The translations under genes and the position numbers were made by a program. Shown in pieces: positions 13,074 to 25,547 of a stretch of DNA of 64,000 bases; the stretch's first letter is position 1; the number at the start of each line of letters is the position of its first letter. Location of the stretch: positions 68,820,001 to 68,884,000 of the forward strand of contig OX597828.1 in assembly GCA_951406725.2 (NCBI GenBank), given 5' to 3'. Source of the DNA: Octopus vulgaris. Lineage: Eukaryota. The notes beneath the pieces are model-generated. The model worked only from the letters and a program-made list of their open reading frames with translations, had not been told where the DNA came from and ran no database searches.

Positions 13074-13817
13074 GGGGTTGGACAAAATAATAGAAACACC
13101 TAGCATCATAGCATCATCATTTTGAAATATCTATAAAACCGTCAAAAGCTTGTTTATATTTACGTTTTTTGATTTATTGTTTGTGTTGCTTAATATGTTT
13201 TGCTAAGATTGCTGTTTCTTTTCAGATATCATCAGAAAAAGGTAATTAAAATTCATTAAAAGAGGTCAAATTGTTGGTGCTCGTATGGCAGGCGCTAGCG
13301 TAACGAAAACTGCCAAAATGTTTGGTGTATCAGGAAGTACTATCTCGAAAGTAATCACAGCCTTTGAGAAAGAGGGAAATCCTCCTCGTCGAAACAAAAC
13401 TCCGGAAGAAAACCAAAACTTTCAGTAGGGCCCGTCGGACTCTTAAGCGGATTGTTAGAAAGGATCACAAAAGTACAGCTCCCCAAATTACTGCAGAGTT
13501 TAATGACCACTTCAAGAGCCCAGTTTCCATAAAAACTGTTCGCCGGGAGCTGCACAAAGCCGGATTTCATGGGAGGGCTGCAATCAGAAAACCACTGCTT
13601 TCGAAAACAAACGTTGCAATGCGTTTAGAGTGAAATAAAACACCAGACAGAATTGGTCCCTAGAGCAGTGGAAGAATGTTATTTCTGACCGCCGGCCGAG
13701 TATACGTGTGGAGACAGGCAGAAGAAGCATTTGACCCAGACTGCCTTCTTCCAACTGTGAAACATGGAAGAGGATCTGTGATAATCGGGGTGGGGGTGGG
13801 GGGGGCTATTTCTTGGC
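13072..13817 (+). mobile_element. Tc1-family DNA transposon, left TIR plus decayed transposase 5' part
   Basis: CAGGGGTTGGACAAAATAAT end; translations RGQIVGARMAGASVTKTAKMFGVS, VRRELHKAGFHGRAAIRKPLLS and CLLPTVKHGRGSV with frameshifts. Confidence 0.85.
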
Positions 13818-14197
13818 CGTTATCGACGAAGACCACGAGAGTGTGTCTTCTAAATGTTAGCATCACATAATCCAAAGTGCATCCAACCGATGCTTGTTTG
13901 TTTACGTTTCCGTAACGTTACGGTTTGGTAAAAGAAACCAATAGAACAAGTGCCAGGCTGAAGAAGAATAAATAAGCTCTGGTGTCGATCTGATCAATTA
14001 AACCTTTCAAGGCGGTGCCCCAGCATGGCCGCAGCCCAGTGGAAGAGACAACATAAAAAAGCGCCCAAAAGGATGGAAAAGCAGGAAACTTTAGTCAAAA
14101 TTTAAAGAGCTGAAAGTCAGTTGGGTAAAATTGGAAATATTAAGGGAAGACGATTAACAGATAACATCGACCCCAGTACTTGAGTGGTACTTTATTT

Positions 14198-14474
14198 GGT
14201 TAATCTCAAGTTGAAGACCCGGTCACAAAAATGAAAACAAAAATAGTGTAATAGGTGTAAAACAATGTGTAGTAGGCGTATATAAAAGAAAAGAATGCGC
14301 GCTGACGAACGGGGCGCGGAGAGGACTCGGAAAATTCACATCGGGAATGTTTCGAGTCCTCTTCCCACTCGGCGCAACTTTTTTTTTTCATATTGGTTTA
14401 CTACACATTGTTTTACACTTATTACAGTATTTGTTTTTCATTTTTGTGACCGGGTCTTAAACTAGAGATTAACC
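14198..14474. mobile_element. 277-bp MITE with 8-bp TSD (Merlin-like), inserted in a SINE A copy
   Basis: TIRs GGTTAATCTC../..GAGATTAACC, imperfectly inverted over >100 bp; exact TSD CTTTATTT at 14190-14197 and 14475-14482. Confidence 0.8.
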
Positions 14475-15547
14475 CTTTATTTTATCGACTCCAAAACAAT
14501 GAAAAGTAAATGTGACGTCTACAGTATTTGACCGGAGAGGCTAAAGAAGCGAACCATGTGCCGCTAAACATTTTCATCCGACGCATAATGAATCTCCCTG
14601 TTCGCTCCCTTAGAAAACAGTAACTCAATATCAAGTACCACATAACAGTCGTAGTTTGGCAATTCGTTACCGTGGATTGTTTCACTGTGGTTTTTAAAAG
14701 CCATACGCCATTATATTGGCAAATTATTTGCAAAACTATGGCGATGTTCAAACTCATTACCATGTTATAAAACCATTTAATTTAATGTTTCATTTCTAAG
14801 GTTAAGTGTCCCTAAATTAGTTTCATGAGTCTTTATGTGTCTTATCCTGTGGAGTTTTTAAGTGTTCTTACTGGGAATCAATTAAAAAGTGCGATGTATA
14901 TACCTTCCTACATTAATTTTATGAATACAGGCGAGTACGCAGACACACAGAGACCCATATACACGAGCACACATCCGCACATACACATATATACACTCAC
15001 TCACTCTGTCTGTATGTCTGTCTCTCACTGTGTGGCCATTATACGAAACGAGATCAATAACAGCCCCCACCAACCCCATGGCTCACATTTCTTTGCTGTC
15101 TTTGATGAGTAGGCGGGGATAGGTTTTGAAGCGTAAAGAAAATAATTCCCTATAATGAATTCTTCTTCTTCTTTTGTTGAAGAATGAATCCTCATGACTG
15201 TAGTGTTAGAAACATCCGCAAATGCAACACCATTCTTAAAACAAGATTTGAAATTGCTTGTCGTAATCTAGTCATCAGTTTTATCCGTCTGACTGAGCGT
15301 CTGCCTCGCTGGCAATCTGGTGATTTCTTCGACTTGAAAATTGCTAAAAGATTTGGTTGAAAATTTATTTTTACGGCTATTCGCTGGTGTCTCTGGGAAA
15401 AATAAGTTGACGAAAATACAGCTAGGATCATGACGAATATCCTCCTAAAACTGGAGCGACAAGCGTGCTAATTTATGGACGTGCATAAATTACATTCACG
15501 TACACACACACACATCCTGCCTTTTATATATACAGATTTCTCTTAAT

Positions 15548-15609
<62 letters not shown>

Positions 15610-15621
15610 CATACATATATA

Positions 15622-15662
<41 letters not shown>

Positions 15663-15706
15663 ACTTACATATATATACATACATATATATATACATACAT
15701 ATATAT

Positions 15707-15753
<47 letters not shown>

Positions 15754-15778
15754 CATATATATATATATACATACATAC

Positions 15779-15827
<49 letters not shown>

Positions 15828-16028
15828 CATACATATATGTAAACATAGTAAAAAGGTAATAAAATTATTACCGGTGATCTAGCACAAAAGACATGTTAGC
15901 GATTAGGCTATATGTTATTCATATATAAGTACATTAAAAGGCTTCTAAAAGAAGAAGCAAGTACTAGATCACAAAAAGTGGATAAATTCAATGAAATAAA
16001 ATCAAAAACGTTTACAAACTCGGCTCAT

Positions 16029-16099
16029 CTTATACTGCAGTTTCGTCTTTTTTTAGCAGTAAATATAATTTATCTGCCAAGGCTAGACTCTTCAGTAAG
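16029..16099 (-). ncRNA. Type I hammerhead ribozyme (inverted copy)
   Basis: CTTA-CTGAAGA-GTCT-[internal hairpin]-AGAC-GAAA-CTGCAG-TA-TAAG. Confidence 0.8.
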
Positions 16100-16203
16100 C
16101 AGCCTTTGTTATCCTAGAAGTACATTTCGTTAGAAACATGTTCGGTTCTAGCGACTTGCATTCTCTAACTTTTAAGACCATTGCGCAGACGCAAGAAAGG
16201 CTA

Positions 16204-16273
16204 CTTACTGAAGAGTCTAGCCTTGGCAGATAAATTATATTTACTGCTAAAAAAGACGAAACTGCAGTATAAG
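16204..16273 (+). ncRNA. Type I hammerhead ribozyme
   Basis: CTTA-CTGAAGA-GTCT..AGAC-GAAA-CTGCAG-TA|TAAG; all core residues present, GUA cleavage site after 16269. Confidence 0.85.
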
Positions 16274-16625
16274 ATGAGTTTGCAAACGTTTTTGATTTTA
16301 TTTCATTGAATTTATTCACTTTTTGTGATCTAGTACTTGCTTCTTCTTTTAGAAGCCTTTTAATGTACTTATATATGAATAAAATATAGCCTAATCGCTA
16401 ACATGTCTTTTGTGCTAGATCACCGGTAATAATAATTTATTTTATTACCTTTTTACTATGTTTATATATTTCTCGATAAATTTTGATCGTAGACCCTATA
16501 CCAGAAACCCCTCTGTTTGTCGGGTATGTTTTGCGTCTGCGCAATGGTCTTAAAAGTTAGAGAATGCAAGTCGCTAGAACCGCACATGTTTCTAACGAAA
16601 TGTACTTCTAGGATAACAAAGGCTG

Positions 16626-16696
16626 CTTACTGAAGAGTCTAGCCTTGGCAGATAAATTATATTTACTGCTAAAAAAAGACGAAACTGTAGTATAAG
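16626..16696 (+). ncRNA. Type I hammerhead ribozyme
   Basis: As above with stem III CTGTAG; predicted cleavage after 16692. Confidence 0.8.
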
Positions 16697-16882
16697 ATGA
16701 GCCGAGTTTGTAAACGTTTTTGATTTTATTTCATTGAATTTATCCACTTTTTGTGATCTAGTACTTGCTTCTTCTTTTAGAAGCCTTTTAATGTACTTAT
16801 ATATTAATAACATATAGCCTAATCGCTAACATGTCTTTTGTGCTAGATCACCGGTAATAATTTTATTACCTTTTTACTATGT

Positions 16883-16963
<81 letters not shown>

Positions 16964-17799
16964 CATACATACATATATATATATAATTGAGAATGTGTGT
17001 CTGTCTGTCTGTCTATGTGTTTCCCTAAAACTTGAGAACTACACAACTAATTTCATTCAAATTTTACACATACCTTACTTAAGGTCCGGGGAGTGTCATC
17101 GGCAAAAAAATTTTTACTTTTTCCCTAGGGCGACCCCACAGCAATATCATATCTTCTCCACTATTTCAGTATTACGTGGTAAAAGTGAAACAAAAATAAC
17201 TCTCTATTGCAATGCAGACATTCACTTTAATACCGAAACTATTAAAGTGAAAGTATTATATAACAGGAATGAACCATTAACAGTGGTCATCCATTTTGCT
17301 AGAAGAAGATCTGCTATGGTCTTATATGCTACATCACTGGTTTTCAATTCATATTAATCAAATTAATATTCAATTTTTCACCCTTATTGTGTGTATGTGT
17401 GTATTAGCAATTCGTATAAAATTGCATCAATGACTTGAACTTGAATAAGTGGTTTCACATAAATGGGAATAAATTAAAAAGGTTTGTTGTTATTATTATT
17501 ACTGTTTGACTATTGTAATCACATTTGTAGATGTATTTCTATAGATATACGTGTATATGTAAACATGTATGTCTAGATGTATATATAGAGGTACATATAA
17601 TATGTACACACATATATATACACATATATACATGCATACATATATACACCCATACATATACACCCACCCACACACACAAACACACACACACAGAGGTACA
17701 GGTGTGGCTGTGTGGTAACAAACTTGGTTCCAAAACACTTGGTCCTCAGTTCAGTCCCACTGTGTGGTAACTTGGCATCTGTCTTCTGCTATAGCATCA

Positions 17800-18013
17800 T
17801 ACCAGCCCACAGTCGACGCTAAGGCGACCAGAGCTCGGTCTGGGCGACATTGGGGCGACTGTACACAGCTACCAGCCCACAGTCGACGCTATGGCGACCC
17901 ACAGTCGACGCTACGGCGACCCACAGTCGACGCTACGGCGATTAGAGCTCGCTCTGGACGATGTAGAGGCGACTGTACACAGCTACCGACCCATAGTCGA
18001 CGCTACGGCGACC
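17800..18013. repeat. GC-rich compound tandem repeat
   Basis: Six copies of CCCA(C/T)AGTCGACGCTA..GCGA nested within a ~70-bp higher-order unit. Confidence 0.8.
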
Positions 18014-18017
18014 AGAG

Positions 18018-19346
18018 GAAACCCTTACTTCCAGCTAGACATCAGGCCACGACCATTTACACAACCAATGTGAATAGACATTATTTACATATTTAATCTG
18101 GGTTGTCCTCTGGAGAGGGACTCTCCACCTTTTCTGTACATAGGGTCGGAGGTGCCAAGTCTTGAAAAATGGATTGATTTAATATCCAATCTCCTCATCG
18201 AAACCGACTTTCTATACGCGCTAAGTAATACATTATGAGTCTTTTTATCCATTTCGTTGAACTCGTAGTTCTTATATTTATCAGAAGGTTCTGCAATCCT
18301 CGTGGCTGATCTTTTCGCTTTTATTTCCCTCATTAAGTCTTCATTTTTGGTTTGTCTCTTTTCGCAGTTTTTTTTTTTTTTTTGGTCTTAGTTCGACCTA
18401 TTTTTGTTGATTTGAGCTTTCCATTTTTCTCTTGTTATTAGTTGCTTTCTTTTCGTCTGTTTCTCTCTCTCCCCTCCTGCTCCACTTCCTCATCGGATTC
18501 TTTCTCACCGTCTCTACAGTGTTTTTTTATATGGCCCAGCTGGCCTCACTGGAAACATCGGGGCTTACGGCCCTCGACGAATAAGTTAGGGAATTCCTCC
18601 CCAATTTCTATTTTCTCCTGTAACTGTTCTAAAATTGTCGGTTCTGCTTGTATTTGGAGGTGAACCATTTGACCGGTCCAATAAGCCTTTTCTGTGATGG
18701 TAGCCTGAAGGAGTGTTATATTATCTTCTTTTTCGCCACATAGGGTTGACTTGAGGTGTGACCCTAGGTATACGTATCTTTGACGTCTTCATTTCCATGT
18801 ATATTGGAATTAAAACAACGTCCTCCGTTTGTAAACATTTAACTGAGTGCATTTGTGCAGTTTCAATATCTTTTAGTCGTACTTCGACAGTACCAAACTT
18901 CTTCCCTCTGGCTAGGTTTGTGATATCCTGCCAGATGGGTTTCAAGCACTTCTCTCTTCGCTCACCTGATCAACTTTTTTTTTCTTTTAGACAGTAAGAT
19001 TTAAAATTAATTGCTTTTCTTTTTCCTAACATTAATAGTTCTTCCGGGGATTGAACTTTCACAACACTGTCTTCAATTGTTATCATATCTTCGTACTTTA
19101 TCAAGTCATTTTTGTTTGTCGACAGCTGGCGGGTTCTACCTCAAGCCGCTGACGCAAAAATTCTTTTTTGTTTAATTTCTTCTGTTTGAAGGCTTTTCAC
19201 GTCAATATTCCTCTTTTCAAAAGTACATACTGGGGAAATTCATTTTCAGAAGAATCCGAAATATCGCTAAATATTAAACTTCCGATCTTTTTTGCCTCCC
19301 TGTTGGTTGACGACTCTTCGCCAGACGAAGTTACACTTTTCGGCAT
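18018..19346 (-). mobile_element. L1/Tx1-clade LINE remnant: decayed ORF1 plus the first ~20 codons of ORF2
   Basis: VEGRKPRCFQ*GQLGHIKKHC zinc knuckle (18516-18557); ORF1 stop at 18085-18087, then ATG at 18081 reading MSIHIGCVNGRGL (AP-endonuclease 'NvrGL' motif). Confidence 0.7.
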
Positions 19347-20005
19347 CTTGCCAGCAATTAATGTCCCCCCCCACTCCAACTTTCATTTCTCCTTAGCCCT
19401 CACGTCACACAGTTGTTAATGTTTATTTCAGTTGGGTCACGCCCTTCCAATTGTTATAGACTCGTAATGCATCTTACGGCTGTGCCTGTCACCTGCATGG
19501 TGAAGAATACTACATTGGGAGTGGTAACGTCTAGGGTACTGTAGCTGACTGCTTATTCTGATCATTCGTCTTTTGGTTTCCTGTAGCTTTGCTCTCTTTT
19601 ACAAACCCAGTGAACATATATTTCCTATTTCAAAGAAATTCAAACAATAGATATAAGACCCAAGTAAAAAAGATCCTCAACAATTCAACTTCTCTGGTTG
19701 ACATTAAGATGCCCACCGCCAACAGGGGCCTTAACTCTCACATTTTAGAGCTCCATGACCTTCATTTTTCAGGAGCAAAATCTTTTTAAAGGGTTCAATA
19801 AGACTGGAATTTTGGAATATGCGCATAAAAATCAGTAGTATGGGATAAATGTGGCACGATTACAATTTTTGAGGGGTGAGTAAAGAGGGAAGTAACACTC
19901 ATCTGCAATTTTGATGAAATTCGAAACATAGACATTTCAGTTCATTACAGAAAAGTCTAATTCTTCAATTGAATGTAACCGGGCAACGTCGGGTATCTCT
20001 GCTAG

Positions 20006-20060
<55 letters not shown>

Positions 20061-20477
20061 ATGCATATATACGTATAATATACGTATATAGATACCTACC
20101 TACATATACATACAGTCATAAATAGATGTGTGTATGCATGTATAGACAAATTAATAGATTGATTATATTGATTTAGATATTTATTGTACTAGTATAGCGA
20201 CTTCATCAGATCATCTGAGGCTGCAATGTAGCAACTGAGACAAGGACATAGTGGACAAACCAATTTTTAACGTAAACATAGAAAAACTCTTGAATTTCAT
20301 TTTATTCCATGAGATGTCAAAACCTTTTTATACCACTAGTGAGCAGGCTTCGATACAGTTTCCCGATAGTGGAACAATGAAATGATTCTTTCACAATGTA
20401 ATTGCTACATGCATACGTATATAAATACATACATGCAAACCTGCATGCATGCATACATACATACATAAATGTATGCG

Positions 20478-20524
<47 letters not shown>

Positions 20525-20543
20525 GTATGTATGTATGTATAAT

Positions 20544-20720
20544 AAGTTCTGCAAAATTTAGATTCAGAAATACCAGAATTTTGTATGGTATTATCCATAT
20601 AAATAAAATGGGGTGATTATAATCAAAATAAGCAACAAGGATATCCAAGGATATCCAAAATGAAGTAGCATGAAACGATTGTACTACACTACCTTGGATA
20701 TCCTTCTTGCTTATTTTGAT

Positions 20721-20722
<2 letters not shown>
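20544..20722. mobile_element. Penelope-type non-coding fragment with internal inversion and HHR 3' half
   Basis: Inverted repeat 20620-20650 / 20692-20722; GAAA-CGATTG-TA-CTAC at 20672-20687; homologous to 63851-64000. Confidence 0.55.
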
Positions 20723-20773
<51 letters not shown>

Positions 20774-22173
20774 ACATATATGTATACATATAAAGTATAT
20801 AGACAGACACACACAAAGAGTTCCTTTTGCAGCGAAAACAAAGATTAGTAGGAGAAAAGATGTTTTCTGCCGTTTCCCCTTCAGTGTGGCCATGCCAATT
20901 GACTGAATTGACGACTGAACCATTGTGTAACAAAATGTTTTTATTGATTTTCATTAAAAAACAACTATAAACCAGCATTCACTTCCGCTGTGCTTTTTTG
21001 TTGTTGCTAATTTTATTAAGTAAATGGTCCCGACAAAAAATATTCAAAATGGGTCAGGGCGCAGACGATATAATTGATGTATAATCGCCTCCATACGGTT
21101 TAATGTGTATAGTAGTGAAACTGGCTCTAAGCAGATTTTCCTTATTATGTTCTTATTTTATGGTATAACTCTGCTATAACTTCCAAAGAATATCGAATTG
21201 CAGTTATTGACTTACATATTACTGTAGTCAAATCACAGTTCATGCTAAGGAATCTAGGCCAAAACTAAAACGGAAGTGATAATAAAGAAAATAATGAGTC
21301 GACATTAATACAGGTGTCGAGTGCTATAGAGAAAAGAGAAAAGATGGTTTTGCTCTGAAACACAAAATAAAGTACCAAATAGTTCCCTTACTAACGCCAC
21401 TAATGTTATTGAAGGAAAATAATACATGGACGTGACAACTTCCATTCTTTTCTATACGATCTGGAATCTCTGGGTTTCGTAGAATAGAAAGAAATGTTAC
21501 CCAATAAAGTGTTATTTTTATTTTATTTGTATCAGCATTAATTGTGTCCATGACCAAAACAGACGACAGCCAAGCACGCGGTAAGTTGTAGAGTTTGGCA
21601 TAATTCGTTGTTGCAGACAGCTGATGCATTACAAAAATGAAACCTTTCGTGGGGACTGGAAGTGAAGTTCCATTTTTCAGTGACTTGATAGCTCAGCATT
21701 CATTCCAAGCAAACTTCTTTACTTGGAAACCAGAGTTGAATATCGGTTCCTGTGGATGTTTGGGATTCGGAAAGGCTTGGGTTTTATTGAGTATAATTCT
21801 TCTAAGGAGAAAGTGACGTCGATAATATAGGCCTGAAGTTACATTCCTGGGAATGACTGGCAAAACATTGAACGTATGGTAAAATATAGAAGAATGTACG
21901 GAACTTTAGAACGCATCTTGGTCAAAAGAACCAACATTAATTTACAAAATGCAAGAATCGTAATTGACATTCGGGCTGAATGCGGCCCTTTATTACAATT
22001 TCTGGCACGCACAATGTCATGATTTTATAAACAATAACTTTTTAGTTAAGCTTTGAGACATGAGCTTTAGGTTTGAAATTGTTAATTAATAATCTCCATT
22101 AGACCACGCCCTAACATCTTAAGAAAAAGATGAGCACTTTGGATAATGTAATCATGCATGCACTAAGCCTTGA

Positions 22174-22216
<43 letters not shown>

Positions 22217-22249
22217 CTGCGCGCGCACACACATACACGCATAACAATA

Positions 22250-23664
22250 GAACCGTATAGATCTTTTTATCCCTTTCACCTGCAATCCTAAAGTGGAGGA
22301 AATAAAATCTCACCTTCTTCCAGCGTTGCATCTTCTGGTATTGCAGCTACCCTACTCAATGGAGGAGGAATTTCTCATTCTATGTTCAAGCTCCCTCTAA
22401 ACGTTGCAATGAAAGAATTTCAAATGTTCAACATTTTCAAAAACTCTGCAATGGTAACAGTTCTTCAACAAACTTGCCTCATTAATGTCACATTGTGGAG
22501 CTCTAGATGTACTTGACCGTATCCTCCAAAGCATAAAAAACAATAGCATACTCATGGGAGGAGTAACAGTTTTTCTTGCTGGAGATTTTCGTCAAACGTT
22601 GCCAGTTATCTCCAAAGGATCAAATGCTGATGAGGACAGTGCAGGCTTTAAAAAATCGTACCTTAGGAGACATGTGAAAAAATTTCATCTTGCAAGCAAC
22701 ATGAGAGTACTTCGACAAGGTGGTCATACGAGCTTCTTAAGATTGGTAATGCGATATTAACATTAAACTCAAGACTTCAGCTACATGAAATTACATAGGG
22801 TCAAACGATACTTTCTCTTAGGGATCTTATGGATAAAGTATTTCCTAATTTATCTGCCAATTACACTGGTGTAAACTGGTTATGTGAACGAGTTATACTG
22901 GCTCCGACTAATGAAATGGTTAATAAACTCAATCATGAAATTCTTCAAAAGTTAACAGATACATCAGGAATGACATTTCGATCAATTGACAACAGTCGAT
23001 CAAGATCAGGTTGTTCAATATCTTGTTGAATTTCTGAACACACTTAAATCCACTGGGATGTCACTGTATAACTTGACACTAAAACTTGGAGTTTCCATTA
23101 TGTTGCAGGAATCTTGGGAATGCTTGGGAATCTTGACCCATCTCACCTGTAAAATGGGATTCGCTTAATTGTTACTTCCATGAAGCCCCATGTCCTAGAG
23201 GCAACGGTCATAACAGGTAGTCACAAAGAAAATGTTTTTATTCCAAAAATTCCTCTCATACTTACAGATGTTCCATTTGAATTTAAGACTCTTCAGTTTC
23301 CAGTCAAACTAAGTTTTGACATTTCAATTAATAAATCTCAGGATCAATCCTTCAATGTAGTTGAACTTGATCTCTTTACAACAGGCTTCTCCCGCGGCCA
23401 ACTCTACGTTGGTTGCTCACGAGTTGGAAGCAGCAACAATTTATTCATTTCGACACCAATAAAAATTGCACATTGAATATTGTTTACTCTGAGATGCTTC
23501 AACATTGACAGATTTTCAGTTCGAAATTCGATTATCGTTACATTATGGATATTTTAAAATAAAATATAGATATTTTGAAATAATTATGAGAATATTATCT
23601 TATACTGTTTACTAATCCGAATAAGAACAGCAGTAACCCGGGCAACAGTGGGTCATGCAGCTAG
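22250..23664 (+). mobile_element. Helitron 3' portion with decayed Pif1-like helicase
   Basis: ASSGIAATLL.GG, LAGDFRQTLPVI, ILAPTN, QFPVKLSF.ISINKSQ.Q, FS.GQLYVGCSRV motifs over frameshifts; terminal hairpin-like CCCGGGCAAC..GGG then CTAG|T at 23661-23665. Confidence 0.9.
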
Positions 23665-24142
23665 TTAACAATAAAAAAAGCAATTTGAGGTGTACATTTA
23701 ATCCTGTTGGTAGATTTCATTGCGAAAGCAAATTTTACTGATGATTTTTCATTAAAGTGTTTCTGTTGTGCTGTTCTAAAGCATCTTTAATGCAAACTTC
23801 GTAAAAGAAGCACATAAATAGTACTCTTACACACATTCAATCATAGAGGCTGAATTATTTAGAGTTTTTAAAGTGCACAACACTTGGTGAACCAAATATG
23901 TTAAAGCGTCTGACTGAGAGAGACTGACAAGTCGGCGTACAAACGCGTGTATGCTGTTATGTAATTTTATCAAATGTTCCCTCACAATTATAATGACTGA
24001 TATGCATGAAGCACATAGACACACACACGCACACACACACGCACGCACGCACACGAACGCACGCATGCGCGCGCACGCACACACACACACATATATATAT
24101 ATATATACATACATACATTATATATACACATAGATACATACA

Positions 24143-24180
<38 letters not shown>

Positions 24181-24236
24181 ACACGCACACACACACATAT
24201 ATATACATACGTTATATATACACATAGATACATACA

Positions 24237-24273
<37 letters not shown>

Positions 24274-24300
24274 CACGCACACACACACAGACTGACAGAC

Positions 24301-24357
<57 letters not shown>

Positions 24358-24358
24358 T

Positions 24359-24423
<65 letters not shown>

Positions 24424-24434
24424 CAGAGTGAGTA

Positions 24435-24715
24435 TCGGTATTTGAAATGAGACAATTCGAGAACGGAGCGAAGGGAATGGTGTGATCGCAGAATACCGCA
24501 AGCCTAAAATCCGCTGGGCAGGACATGTTGCAAAGTTCACAAAGAACAGTCAAACCAGCGCCGATGCCGGGTGGTATCCAAGATATGAGAACGGTGGGAA
24601 GACGATTTAGTTGAGCGATTTGGGTCAAGAAGCAAAAGTATGGCGCAACAAAAACAGAATTAGAAGCGATTTGTGACCAGCGGATCTGATGGTCTGGTCG
24701 ATACTACGATACTGT
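24435..24715 (+). mobile_element. RTE-clade LINE 3' fragment
   Basis: NETIRERS..KIRWAGHVAK..WYPR..RWEDDL. Confidence 0.65.
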
Positions 24716-24716
24716 G

Positions 24717-24759
<43 letters not shown>

Positions 24760-25547
24760 TATAGCTATCAGTATTTATGCATATACCCTGTAAACCTATA
24801 TCTATGTACAGACATATGAATAACACTGGTCAACACGATTTTTGGTGCCAAGAAACAAAACACATTTTTTAGCTAATTTGATGGTGCTGATTCCGAAAAT
24901 TACCTTAGTTGCTCATGGTTAGCTACCGTTTTTGCTGTACCGAAATTGCTCATTTACTGATCGCAAAATTTAGTTTAAAAAGGTAGTAGAAACCCATGAA
25001 TTTTCAGGTGGGCCGAGCAGTTTATGTCACCCACCTGAAACAAACTATTTTTATAAGAAAAAAGTTCCAATTTATTGCCAAAATTCAAATTAGCTGATAA
25101 ACTCTATCAGCAATACACTTTAGAAAACCTGATAATTAAGGTGACATTAAAAAAAATGAAACCCTAAAATCTGTTTGATATTCATAAATTTATCCCATCA
25201 CTTTTATCCCTTGAATACGGAAGGAAACCAAGCACATTAAGAGCTTTTGTTTTCACAGTTGGAAAAAAAACTCCAACTAAAGACATCCCAATTGAATGCA
25301 CCATTGTACATGATGAATATCATGAAAATGGTTTCACCATAACATCTGCTCTCCAGGCGGGATTACGAAGATACGAAGTAGAAGAAGCGTAACGACTCTT
25401 TCCGTCTTTAGTTATTGACAGTTTTACGAGTCTTTCCGAGGGACATTAGGAAAGATCAAATTACCGAAGTGTGAACACGCAAAGTATAATGTAAATGCTC
25501 AACCAACTCATGTTCTTTTTTAATCAAAGAGATAGATATTAAATGAC

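Larger units (their letters stand above)
15844..16881. mobile_element. Retrozyme-like / non-autonomous Penelope-type element with three HHRs
   Basis: 351-bp inverted arms (15844-16194 vs 16531-16881), ~423-bp direct repeat unit, flanked by TA-rich microsatellites, no coding capacity. Confidence 0.8.
16981..20005 (+). mobile_element. Probable non-autonomous Helitron carrying nested insertions
   Basis: 5' part ATATAATTGAGAATGTGTGTCTGTCTGTC..AAACTTGAGAACT..TTTCATTCAAATTTTACAC typical of Helitron-N elements; 3' hairpin CCGGGCAACGTCGG plus CTAG|T at 20002-20006. Linking the two ends is inference. Confidence 0.45.

Noticed and set aside
14301-14340. CTGACGA..GAAA hammerhead-like string
   Set aside because: No stem I, II or III pairing; part of a MITE
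15912-16813. Duplicated 73-aa ORFs
   Set aside because: Antisense to the HHRs, arise from the inverted repeat, and are frameshifted in the third copy
17800-18013. Repeat-spacer-like array
   Set aside because: The apparent spacers are copies of each other; compound tandem repeat
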